From Octopus sinensis (lineage: Eukaryota), in NCBI RefSeq assembly GCF_006345805.1, contig NC_043000.1, positions 128,960,001 through 129,024,000 on the forward strand: a stretch of DNA of 64,000 nucleotides. Reading direction: 5' to 3'. Below, piece by piece: positions 36,701 to 49,289 of the stretch. Numbering within the stretch: position 1 is the first letter of the stretch; each line of letters opens with the position of its first letter. Both the position numbers and the translations under genes were made by a program. The notes below the pieces were generated by a model. It ran no database searches. It was not told where the DNA came from and worked only from the letters and a program-made list of their open reading frames with translations.

Positions 36701-38721
36701 AGAATACCAATTCATTAATACTGGCAAATTAATTCTAGAAATTTAGATATGAGGGGTATAAGTCAACGATATCGACTTGTGCTAATCTAGTTAGTCTTAA
36801 ATTTAATGTCTTTGAATCAGTCGAAAATTGTACAGATGTAGTTCACTGCTAGGGCCCAGAAGCTTTCCCAATCTTTTTCATATTTCTCAGTATTTTCTCG
36901 CTTTTAAACCTAATTCTGTTTTATGTGAATTCATTAGGCTATATTCTTAGTTTATTTGTGAACCTTCCCTCTTTTAATATATGAGTCGATTATTTAGGCA
37001 TTCTATTCTGTTACCCTTTTTTTTTTTTTGCCATAAAGCTTCCTCGTTGATAATACTGCAAATCTTAGCGTTTGCCTTATTTTCATATACTTATTCATGT
37101 TATCAAGTATTAATTTTCTTATATTTACCGTTCTCCTCTTCATAGATGTTATTCATCTTGTCCGAAAATACAAATTAATTACTTGAGGCCTTAATCCTAC
37201 TTGTGCTTATTGCAGTTTCAGGATCCTACTTTAACAAGCCTTCCACCTCTTTTCGAACGACGTTTTGTCCCAAAGGGGGCGAGATGTTTATCAAAGTACA
37301 GACGTTTCTAGTTGCCGAAGACTGCATGTTGGGACCCTATTCCTGACTATAAACTCTATCTATTCACCCAAACTAGAGCTTAAATGTTAAAATAAAGAAA
37401 CTGCAAAACGAAGATATTAACCGTGTCTACATTTGTGATGTTTATTTTTTAAAGAAGTTTATTACACGATTAATTTCCCACATAATAAGGAAAACTTATC
37501 AGAATAATGAGAAATAAGCGCTCAGCAAATTAAGGTGCAATATATGAATTTGTGAACGTTTGTGTACGCAATACATAAAATATGTAGTTTATAAGAAACT
37601 GACGCTTCTTATCACGATGCCGATTATTCAAACGATTAAAGAAAGGAAACAGCGTAAGAATATATGAGCAAAAATACTGAATATATTGTTCCTTAATTTA
37701 TCGATCACTGTGGTAGGCCCAGAAAATTTCTGCAAAGAATATCCCAATACCATTAAAAAAGGAACAAAATGTCTGATTGAAAAAAAAAGTTCTGAATAAG
37801 AAAATATAATATGGAGGTTAATAATATTCTGTTGATAAAAGGATGATGGATGCCACGAAGGAAAATAAGTTGGGCTTCAGATGTTGTAATATAGAACTGG
37901 AACCCTTCTAGTCAGATCCTTTCAAAATTATAAAGAGATGAGTTTTTAAAATTCATCCTACAGTTTTCAAGACATAATATTCAAAGTTTATTTTCCTCTT
38001 CCTGACCCTTTCTAGAGGTGGGAGTGGAGGATCTTCTTTGTACGTTATCTTCTCATTGAAGCCACTCCTCAAAAATACTTGTTGTAAGAGGGTGCAGTTT
38101 TGTCAGAGATATCTCTGAGGAGAAGAATTAAGTTCTTAATCTGAGGGTGTCACTTCCGTGATCTGAAGCCAAGTTTATCTGCGGGGGCGTCACTAGTCAC
38201 GTCCACGAATAAGTAAGCCTTCCAGCACATCTTCACGTCGCCCTTCATCTCTTACGCTACCGTTGTTATTATCTTTATATAACCTTTAATAAGGAAACTG
38301 AAAGTTCATACTGCTGCCACAAACGAAACTAATTTTAATCTATCAGTTGTCATTACTTTTCTATAAATTTTACTGGAACCTTTAATATCACTGGAATTTC
38401 TAACGATAACAAGGCAAACTATTCCTATCCAGCAACCATCCACCAGTTAATATAAAGCCGAGCAGTGTTGAAATAACAGTTCCTCTGCGTGATACTAACT
38501 GATCAGTGAGAACAAACATCGCTCAATAACTATTACGTTTATTTAAAACACGTAGTGGCCTCATCAGTCGGTGTTGTCGCATCTAAGAGATCAAGGTGTT
38601 CTTGCACCGGTTAAACTTTCAACAACGAAAAACTGAGTTAAACTGTTAATGCGAATATTTAACCTCGACGACAAGTGTTGAGTGCTCTTGTCTTTCACTT
38701 GTAGATGTTTCGAGTGTCTGT

Positions 38722-38756
<35 letters not shown>

Positions 38757-38929
38757 CTGCCTGTATGTATGTATGTTTGTATGTATGTATGTATGTATGT
38801 ATGTATGTATGTATGTATGTATAAGTGAGCCAACAAGGAAACTTTAGATGGCTATTCTAGAAATAGCAACCACGACCAGTATCGGAAAGCCTTTCATCAT
38901 AGGTCTACTCGATCAAGGTTGATCTAGAG

Positions 38930-39409
38930 CAGGGGTGGAAAACCCCCGCCCGCGAGCACATTTTATTGCGCCCGAAGGTTGATATACTCGTATGTACAAA
39001 ATATAATAAATTTTTCAACTATTAGATTTATACACTATTCATACGCCTATTTGCGACATAGGTCACGTTTCCACCAGGGCTTAAAACGGTTAGACTCGAA
39101 TAGAAATTGTCCGGTAACTGCCATTTGGATGGAAATTTTGTTTTCACTATAAAACACATATTGCTAGGTTTGTACCACTCCCTTGAGACCCAACTACACT
39201 CTAGCTGAAAAATATAGGATACCTCATAATTAATATAAACATCCTAAATTCAGTGGCGGCGTTAAATGTATTAAACTTATCTTTATCGAATTATATATAG
39301 ATATATACAAGATTTACACAGATATAAGAGTTAGAACTTCTGATCCGCCCGCGGACCTTTTTAATTGGAAATTTTTGCCTGCTGAACTAAAAAGTTTCCA
39401 ACACCCCTG
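38930..39409. mobile_element. hAT (Charlie-type) MITE
   Basis: TIRs CAGGGGTGGAAAAC and GTTTCCAACACCCCTG; exact 8-bp TSD ATCTAGAG at 38922-38929 and 39410-39417. Confidence 0.92.
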
Positions 39410-39535
39410 ATCTAGAGCTAATTAATAAACCAGCAAAGTAGCGTCTTCAAGTAAGTGTATGTGTGTACGTGTTTACCTATATCGATATACATTTGTATAT
39501 TCAAACACACATTTATGTATTCATTGACAAATGCA

Positions 39536-39588
<53 letters not shown>

Positions 39589-40016
39589 GATTTTGGTAGT
39601 GATTCTCCGGTTTGAGTGTTCCAGGGTTTTGTGGAGTGAGGAACCACCTCTAAACCACTATTGTCCCCGGGTCAACTGTGATCCAGAGTAGTAGCATCTG
39701 TCAGGGTCGCAGCTGTGGGTTAACTAGCATGGCATTCCATCTGGGCGGTGTGCACCCAAAGCAATGAATAATTGTATTCAAAGCAATAAATAGTTGTATT
39801 CAAAGCAATGATTAGTAACTTACGAAACCGGTATGCTTGAATCTCTTTAACAATTCACAATAATGACTTTTTTTACTTTTATTCCTACCTCAGTTCATCT
39901 AATTGTAAATATCTTTCGTTACAATGTGCATTTTCGTTTATTTTTCTTACTTTCCCCTTACATTACCACGTGTAGTTTCTATTTTCTTTTTGTAACATAT
40001 TTCTATTACATATATA

Positions 40017-40090
<74 letters not shown>

Positions 40091-40364
40091 GTGTGTGTGT
40101 GTGGTGTGTGTGTGTGTGTATATATAGCTTTGTGTTCATTTATAGGTGCAGTATGTTTGTGCTAGGAGCAGAAATTCACTACTATTTAGTAGTGCTGCTT
40201 CAGATAATTGTAGCGTTCAAACTTTACCATCACACACACTGACTTGGTTAATAATACAGCAATGTCCCTTTAATCATTACATGAAAATAAAGTTTTCAGT
40301 GAATTTCCGGCATCAAACTAGGTTTTGGAACATTACATGTCACATTGCTTAAGATCTTATCTAT

Positions 40365-41385
40365 ATATTGAGCGATGTTCCGCAAGGTACTGTTTTGGTA
40401 CCGCTACTGTTTATAATAGCCCTCTCAGATATGCCCTCAGCCACACAGAGAACCACGATCACAAGTGATGCAGATGATACAAAAGTCTCACAGGTGATAC
40501 AGAACCCTGAAAATGCTATTCACCTGCAACGTGAGTTAGATGAAACATGCAAGTGGGTTAAGAAGAATAACATGCAGTTTAATGCTGAAAAGTTTCAAGC
40601 CCTATGCTATCAGCATGCAAAACTAACTGCAATACTAATAAAATACACTGGACCTGGAGAGATTGCAAATGCAGAGACACAGTCAGTGCGATACCTGGGC
40701 AACTACATGAGTAATAATGCATCCTTCCATGTACATGTTGCTAGGTTGGCAATGAAATGCTGATGGCTAACCGGATGGATTCTTAGAACTTTTAAATCGA
40801 GAAATCAGAAAACCACGATGATCTTCTGGAGGACATTTGTCCTAAGCTGCTTTGACTATTGCTCCCACCTATGGTCATCAACCAGTGTAAAATTAATTTC
40901 AGACCTTGAGGCAATCCAATGAAGCTACACGAAGAAGATAGTCTTTATGTGGCAAATAAGCTACTGGGAAAGACTCAAGAGATTGAGACTTTATTCCCTA
41001 GAGCGTAGGCACGAAAAATATGCCATAATATGCATCAGGAAGATCATGGAAAGACTTCTCCCAAACTTTGGCATTGAGAGTTACAATAACGCTATGATAG
41101 GGCGCCACTGCATAGTGCCAAAAATTCCAACTTTGCCATCAAAATATAGGGCAAGATATTGCAACAGCATGGGCTTTAAAGGACCACAGCTCTTAAAATA
41201 TCCTTCTAGGGGACCTGAGAGACCTGCATGAGGTGGATGTAGGTGTCTTCAAAACGAAACTAGATCTCTTACTGTCAAGAGTCCCAGATGAACCAAGTTA
41301 ACAGCAGGAATTGCAAATGAGGGCAGCGGTGTCAATCTCCCTTATGCACCAAATGTCAAATTCCAAAATGAATTAGTGAAGTAAA
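40365..41385 (+). mobile_element. 5'-truncated CR1-like LINE, decayed RT
   Basis: VPQGTVLVPLLF, SDADDTK (YADD-like), NNMQFNAEKF, RLRLYSLERR and VPDEP. Confidence 0.93.
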
Positions 41386-41449
41386 AATTATGTAGCAACA
41401 CCAAATGGTGGTGCCCCAGCTCTTGAGCTGAAACCAGTTCAATTCAATT

Positions 41450-41505
<56 letters not shown>

Positions 41506-41521
41506 GTGTGTGTATATATAT

Positions 41522-41712
41522 AAAGTTAATCCAAACATGAAAACACCAAGAGAAAACACAACAACGCGAGGACGTGGAACAATATAGTATTATTGGACGC
41601 TCAGGAAGTAAGGGAAGAAGGAGGGTTTTACGTTTCGAGCGGAGTTCTTCGTTAGAAACTTAGGAAAAGAAAAGATCCAGAGAAGGGAAGACGGAGGAAA
41701 AAAATAGATACA
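41522..41712 (-). mobile_element. Penelope-like terminal-repeat fragment carrying a minimal hammerhead motif (41625-41659)
   Basis: Minus strand GTTT CTAACGA A GAAC TCC GCTC GAAAC GTA AAAC. Confidence 0.65.
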
Positions 41713-41861
41713 TTTGTATATATATATATACATATATATATCTATATACATGTGTATATATGCATATATATATGTATGCATATATATACATATATACATG
41801 TGTGTATATATATATACACATATATACATGTGTATATATATACAAGTGTATATATATATGT

Positions 41862-42058
41862 GACCTCGTGTGTACCGTTGGCGATTTTTTTCTCTGTCTT
41901 CCCTTCTCTGGATCTTTCCTTCTCCTATGTTTCCGACGAAGAGCTCCGTTCGAAACGTTAAACCCTCCTTCTTTCCTTCTTTCCTGAGCGTCCAATAATA
42001 CTATATTTGTTCCACGTCCTCGCGTTGTTGTGTTTTTTGTGCTTTCTTGTTTGGATTA

Positions 42059-42063
<5 letters not shown>
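41862..42063 (+). mobile_element. Inverted partner fragment carrying a minimal hammerhead motif (41929-41963)
   Basis: GTTT CCGACGA A GAGC TCC GTTC GAAAC GTT AAAC; reverse complement of 41522-41712 over ~185 bp. Confidence 0.65.
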
Positions 42064-42101
<38 letters not shown>

Positions 42102-42334
42102 GGGTATATATATACACATAAGTATATATATATACATGTATATATATGTACATATATATACTTATGTGTATATATATACATGTATATATATATATGCATG
42201 TTTATATATATATATATACATGTTTATATATATACATGTTTATATATATATACATGTTTATATATATATATATACATGTTTATATATATATATATATATA
42301 TATATATGTTTATATATATATATATATATATGTT

Positions 42335-42388
<54 letters not shown>

Positions 42389-42770
42389 AACATGTTTATA
42401 TATATACATGTATATATATACACGTGTATATATATACATATATATATGTACGTATATATACATGCATATATATACATATATATATATACACACATATACA
42501 TATACATACACATACACACACACACATATATAGACATATATACACACACATACATATATATATTAGTGTGTATGTGTGTGTTTGACACGAAGGAAACACG
42601 GAGAAAGGAGAGAGAGGTAATTGTGATGAAGAAGATGTAATTAATTTTCGGAAGGATGAATCACGTTCGTTCGAATTCTTTTATTTATTTATTTAATCTT
42701 TTTTTTTTAAATTTCTTCGAAAGCTGTGAAGCTGCCCTAACCTAACCTCTAACCTTCCCTTTCTCGCTTC

Positions 42771-42809
<39 letters not shown>

Positions 42810-42883
42810 CATACATACACACACACACACCACACACACACACATACATATATTTGTACATAAGTGTAGAACGTTGAGCACTC

Positions 42884-42940
<57 letters not shown>
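42061..42940. repeat. Complex (AT)-based microsatellite with recurring ACATGT units
   Basis: Directly visible; source of the YI-rich ORFs 42007..42640. Confidence 0.97.
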
Positions 42941-42944
<4 letters not shown>

Positions 42945-44625
42945 AGAAAATGTAAGCAAAGAGGAATTTTTTAAAGCCAAATATTTGGTACCATTCTAAA
43001 GAACTAAAGAACGCTGAAGAACGTCATATAAACAACCTACATCCTTCACCCCACATATGGATTCTCTTTGAAAGTTGATGCAAAAGGATAAAAAATAAAA
43101 AGCGATTGCCAGTACAGGTCATTGAGTACATTTCGGTGACTAAGTGTTATGGGAGTGTCTTTCCAGTGCAGGGTATGTTTATGGAAGAAAAACGAAAAAG
43201 AAATGAAAAAAATCCTATTAAAAAAGCAACATCAACAACAACATTAATTGAAGTTTGGTCAACAACAAAGTGGACCAATTTAATCTTTATATTATTTGGG
43301 AGGGTCGGGTAGGATAAATGAGGAAAGGGGTGCAGCTTCCTTCTATGATAGGTAAAATTAGTTTAAGTTTCAGATTTTTTTTGATTTTTTTTTCGAATTT
43401 GGGGTGGAGTATATATATACAGCATCTATTACACACCCGATTCCTAACTGACCCTCAAATGACTCTTTCACTTACTTTTATAGAACAAACATACGTTTAT
43501 TGTGTTACAGATACACACCTATAAGTATTTTATGTGCATACACATTTAAAAACAAAACATATTTCTGTAGATGTACTCTTACGTATACGTTTAAACATAT
43601 TCTTATGTGTTCACTCGATTATACAGACACATGGCCTTGCTTTTTGCTTTTTGAGCCAAAGAAACTAACTAACATGATCCTAGAAATGCATTCAAATATA
43701 CGTGCGTATGTAAACATAGTTGTGAAGACATTTTTATCTTATTTTGTTCCCTAAATTTCTGGAGAAGTCGTGGGGGCGACATCGTGACATACGGGGGGAA
43801 AAAGAGAAGAATTGGAGAATCTTGGCGTCTAAAATTGAGTCTCACTCTCGGTAGTTAGTCTCATCTAGAAGAAGAAGAAGAAGAAGAAGAAGAAGAAGAA
43901 GAAACGACTCCAACACTGGCATCCCGAAGCGATGAAAGGCAAATTTGACACCTCGGTGGGATTTGAACTCAGAGAGCCGGAACGAATACCGCAGTTAGTC
44001 TATCTAACGCTCTGACGACTCTACCAATTGGTCGCCTTAAAATGATTGGGTTAAATCGAGATCCGAGGAAACTGGCGAAGGTCTGCAACGGCAACATTTA
44101 ATTAGATAAAGAGGAAGCTTGAATGGAATATCGGTCAAATTCAATTCCCGTGAGCAGTAGGACGTCTACATCAATGGAACCGATTCAACATCGCACGAAC
44201 TCTTCTTTCTACATATGTTTACACATAAACATATACTCATATATACATACTCATAATAGATGTACATACACGTGAGTATATTTTGTGTATTGTCGTCGTC
44301 ACTAGCAACAACAACAACAACCAGCCAGCCAGCCAGCCATCATCATAACCGCCATCACTATTAGCCATCATCATCATCACCATCATCAGTAGCAGCAGCC
44401 AACTCTTAGTGAGAGTTCGGGAGAATCCATCGAGCGATATGGAGATTTTTAAATTGTCAGTAGGAGCTCCTATTCTTTACGATGTCGTTGGCACTATCAG
44501 TGGTGCCTACGATCCTACGCAGCGTAACCGGTTTAGAGAGAGTGAGAGAGAGAGAGAGAGAAAAGGAGAAAGGGAGAGGGTGAGAGAGAGAAAAAAGGAG
44601 AGAGGAAGTGGGTGACAGAGAGAGA

Positions 44626-45850
44626 GAGGCGCAGGAGTGGCTGTGTGGTAAGTAGCTTGCTTACCAACCATATGGTTCTGGGTTCATTCCCACTGCGTGG
44701 CACCTTGGGCAAGTGTCTTCTACTGTAGCCTCGGGCCGACCAAAGCCTTGTGAGTGGATTTGGTAGACGGAAACTGAAAGAAGCCCGTCGTATATATGTA
44801 TATATATATATATATATTAAGGTATGTAGAAAATACAACATGGACAAGAACGTATAGCTCATAGAAGACGATACAATAAACATGGATAGGACATTCGAAC
44901 CCCTCAGTCTTCAGTCAAGAACCGATCATCGTAGTAATTTCGGCTGATTAATCTTGAGATTACTAGATCACGGCCAGCCTCCAAGAAAAACTAAGCAACG
45001 AGCATTAGAAAAACTAAGCTGGAAGCGTAGATTTCCTGGAAGAAGGATCGAATGCATACGAACACCAGGACAGCAAAAGGGACAGATATAAAAAAAACAA
45101 AAAACAATAATGGAATACAGAAACATGAAATACAGAAGCATTAACGGTGAAAACAACAAGTGTCTTACGACTGATAACAAGCAAACAATTTTTTCTCTGG
45201 CGCATTGGAAAAAGCCTTTATAGCGGCGGACGAAAAACAACGATGTTAACACGACGAGGGTCAGGAGCTGAAAGGCAGATTTCGGCCAACAGTCACGTGA
45301 CAGAGAAGAGGGAAAAGAAAAGAAAGAGAAGCAAAGGAAGAGAGAGAGAGAAGGGGGACAAAACGCAACAAAGAGAGAGAAGAGAGAGAAAGAAGGAATC
45401 AGAGAGGAGAAGGGATGGTGTCGAAGAATGACCTGTGAGTGCAGAGCGAGACAAAGAAATAGGAGGGTAGTGGAAGACTAGACCAAAGGATCAGAGGAAA
45501 GAGAAGATGAATAGAGAGAAAGTAAAAATGAGAGAGAGAGAGAGAGACAAACAGAGAGTCGTACCAATTATTAAGAATATGTGTTCACATTAATGATAAG
45601 GGGGGTACGGGGCGCCTGGAATATATGTTAAGATGTATGTGTATATGTTTATGTGTCTGTGTTTCTCCCCCAACATCGCTTGACAACCGATGGTGGTGTG
45701 TTTACGTCCCCGTAACTTAGCGGTTCGGAAAAAGAGACCGATAGAATAAGCACTAGGCTTCCAAAGAATAAGTCCTGAGGTTGATTTGCTCGACTAAAGG
45801 CGGTGCTCCTGCATGGCCGCAGTCAGATGACTGAAACAGGTAAAAGCGTA
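44626..45850 (+). mobile_element. SINE family B split into a 5' half (44626-44815) and 3' half (45640-45850) by insertions in its central microsatellite
   Basis: Head GGCGCAGGAGTGGCTGTGTGG and tail GACTGAAACAGGTAAAAG are collinear, with ~830 bp of foreign sequence between. Confidence 0.75.
44820..45310 (-). mobile_element. Penelope-like terminal-repeat fragment (tentative)
   Basis: T-rich minus strand inserted in an (AT)n tract, same style as the 27047 and 41522 fragments; no coding evidence. Confidence 0.4.
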
Positions 45851-46886
45851 AAGGGATGGGGAAGTGGAAAATTTTATATGGGTATTGGACACAAAGTAAA
45901 AACCTCGTGGCTAGAGTTTTGTGACCGTGATCATTAGATCGTGGTTTCGATTCCCGGATAGGGCATTGCGTTGTGCTTTTGAGCAAAACACTTCATATCA
46001 CGTTGGGCCAATTTACTCAGCTGTAAATGATTAATCCTGCAATCGACTGGCTTCCCGTTGAGGATGAATGTTGTGATTTCGGTCACTTATATGCTATGGA
46101 AACCGAGTAACTGGCCTTATGAGTCCCAGGGCTCAAGACTGAACTAAGTAAGGACTGGGCACGAAGGGAGCTGAAGGACGTAGCGACAGATGCATCCGTA
46201 CATTTTTTGTCTTTATTTTCCTTTTAAATATTTACTTAAGAAAAATTAATGTAATATTAGGATAAACTGCTTGTTTGCTTCAGTCACATCAACAATGACA
46301 ACAACAATAATCACGACAGCATCAACAGTAATAGACACCGATATCTGAATGAGTAAATGAACAAAACCGAATACATACAACTTAGGCTTGTAGGGTTCAC
46401 TTTTAGTAAGCTTGTGCCGTAATACTGAGTCCACTGAATCAAACTATTACTCGGAACTAAAACACTCCGGGATATTACATGTATAAGCATTAAAAATTGA
46501 GTGGGGGTGTCATTGAATAGTAGCAAGGAGGCGTTGAAAAGGTGACAGTAAAAGAAAAAGGGCGATTTTCAAAAAAGTTTGGAAAACACTGGTTCAAAAA
46601 TATATAGATAATAAAAAAAATATAGCTTCAAATTCGACGAATTGTCGTCGGTTGGGAGTATAGCCAATTAGTATCAATCCCAGGACCTAAGTTGCATTTT
46701 ATTTAATGACCACAAAAGGAGGAAAAACAAAGGGATGTATTTATAGATTTGAGCCTTTTAGTCCAATACTCTATGATTTCTGACTAGAGAGACGCCACGA
46801 AATAGTAGTAATAGTCAACCTTTCCGCAAATCACTCTCTACTTGCTTACAACAGGGAAGACACATTCAAAGTGTATATATGTATTA

Positions 46887-47710
46887 CATGGTAAAATGTG
46901 AGCAAAAGAAATAATTTTCTTAAGATTATAAACCTGGAAAAGTAGAGGACAAATTTTTACAATTGGAAAAGTTCAGGCAAGTTATAATATCTGGTAAAGT
47001 ACAGAACAAGAAAATTTTTGCTTAAAATATTGCAGCTAAGGATAAAATTTAAAATAAAATATTTAGATTTAGAAAATATTTTTTTACAAGTTATTACTTG
47101 TATTTTTTATTACTTGTTACTTCTATTAAAAATAGAAATAACTCAAAATATTTTTTGCACTTTAAAAAATTCATTTTTTAATTATTAATTAATTATTAGA
47201 AAATTGAAAATAGATTATAAAAAGTGATAGTAGTACATAATTAGTTAGTACAATAAATAGAATAATACAAAAATTGTTATATATTACAGTAAAATCTACC
47301 TATAACAACAAATTCACAGTAAAATTTGTTGGAGTTATTGCCGAGTCTTCACATTTTTAGTCTTGAACAATGTCCATTTTTTTTTTCATATAATGAATTT
47401 GCCTACCATATATACTATTCTACTTTGCATAAAACTTTACCTATATTGGTACTTCTGGCTCTCGTTTTTTAAGTGTTCTAGTGTATCAATATTTTAACAA
47501 AGCGATGGTACCTTTTTTTTTTTTAAATTATAATGTTACTTTGTAAATTAAAATCAAATAATTTTTAATACTCAAATTTTATCCTTAGCTGCAATAGTTT
47601 AAGTAAAAATTTTCATGTTCTGTACTTTACCGGATGTAATAACTTGTCCTGTACTTTTCCAGATTTTATAATCTTAAGAATATTATTTCTCTTGCTCGTA
47701 TTTTCCCGTG
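46887..47710. mobile_element. Non-autonomous DNA transposon with ~170-bp imperfect TIRs and TA flanks
   Basis: 46887-47050 matches the reverse complement of ~47575-47710; TA at 46885-46886 and 47711-47712. Confidence 0.8.
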
Positions 47711-48215
47711 TAATCTATGTTTTTTCCAGGCTATGCTATTATGCTAATTAATAATGAGTCGATTAATATTTTAAGGTTTTACCTTATTGAAAATTGAATA
47801 ATAGATTTAATAAATTTCTAAATAATATTTTGATTTTTTTCATTTTTGTGATTGAATCATTCTCATTATTGAATTAAAGTAAAAAGTTTTAATCTAAAAA
47901 AATAAAAATAAGATTAGTATTTGAAGAGCACTTTATTTACATTGACTCATTATGAAATTAAAAATTGAAAATAATGCTTTTAAAATTAAAAAAAGTTATT
48001 TGGATCTAAACTTGATTGGAGGCGTTACTTACAGGGACCAGTCCTTTTCAAAATTGTTAACAGCTTTCAATTTGGTTAAGAACTGAATTAGCGACAAAAC
48101 TCTGAAAGATACTGCTTGTGAGTAAATTGCGGCCTTAAGAATATTATTCAACTACGGTAATAGTTGAATGATATAACCTACATACATATACTACATAATA
48201 CATACATTTTACATA

Positions 48216-48270
<55 letters not shown>

Positions 48271-49289
48271 TATATTTACATACATATATACATGCATGCA
48301 CACGTAAGTGTATATGCATGTATGTAAATACACACATAGAAATACAGGATGGCCGTGACTGGTACGCTTTTGATGACAGGTTTACTTGGTTTAACGCTGA
48401 ACTGAGGCTGAAAAACAAAATTAACGACCCAGCCAATGAGGGAGCCTCAAAACCAATATTTTTCAGCCTCAAAGTCGCACTGGATTCCAGAGGTAGGTCA
48501 TCATTTTTTACAGGTATGTCGTGATGCAAATTTCAGATATTTATCTTTGATGAAAGTGCAAAATATTTTCGAGTAATGATACTGTTTATTATGAATGTTT
48601 TTACTTCCGTTTGGGCTATCAATGTATTTGATAATCACTAAAAATATATTTACTTTTTAAATTTTTTAATCAAAAAGTTTGACTAGGAAATTGTAATTAA
48701 AAATTCATGAAACTGCGAACAATTATGAATAAAAAATGAAGTGCGACGTTTTTTGTTTATTGTTTTTAATTGTTGAAATTATAACATATGCATTATCTTT
48801 GTTATTTATTCTTTACACGAAAGTAAAAGCCTTTTTTAAAATTTAGATATTGACACGATGAAGACGGTGATAAATAATGAAAATGATTTTTATTGGAAAA
48901 GGAGTAGCTTTGAAGTAGAGACGGTATGTCATCGATGAGCTGGCGAATGGCGAAGAAGAGATTTTGATAGATCAAGATGATTGATCAATTCATTAAACAA
49001 TTAATCAAATTAATTAAACAATCGATTAGTTAATTGGTTAAGTGGCTAACCACTTGGCTAATAAAATTAAAGAAGTAAAATAGTCCTAGTGCATGTGTAT
49101 GCAACTGTGAAGACGATATAGCAACCCTACTACGGGTGCCCTTATCAACCCCAGAGTCGAAATTTGAATACTTGACAAAGAGAACTACCTCAAATTGCTT
49201 CATTGTTTGTTAAAATAGTTTTTACTTTATATTTTCTTTATGCTTGTTAATTATTCTGTACTAATTGTTTTACCCCATAACGTCAAAAA

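Noticed and set aside
42007-42640. Long ORFs of 164-192 aa rich in Y, I, H and C (likewise HT, CV and YV-type ORFs elsewhere)
   Set aside because: Translations of simple repeats that lack stop codons by composition.
44880-44965. Minus-strand CTGAAGA, GAAA and AUC with complementary segments
   Set aside because: The segments are in a non-canonical order for hammerhead types I-III, stem II does not close, and the GAA following CTGAAGA lacks the required extra A.
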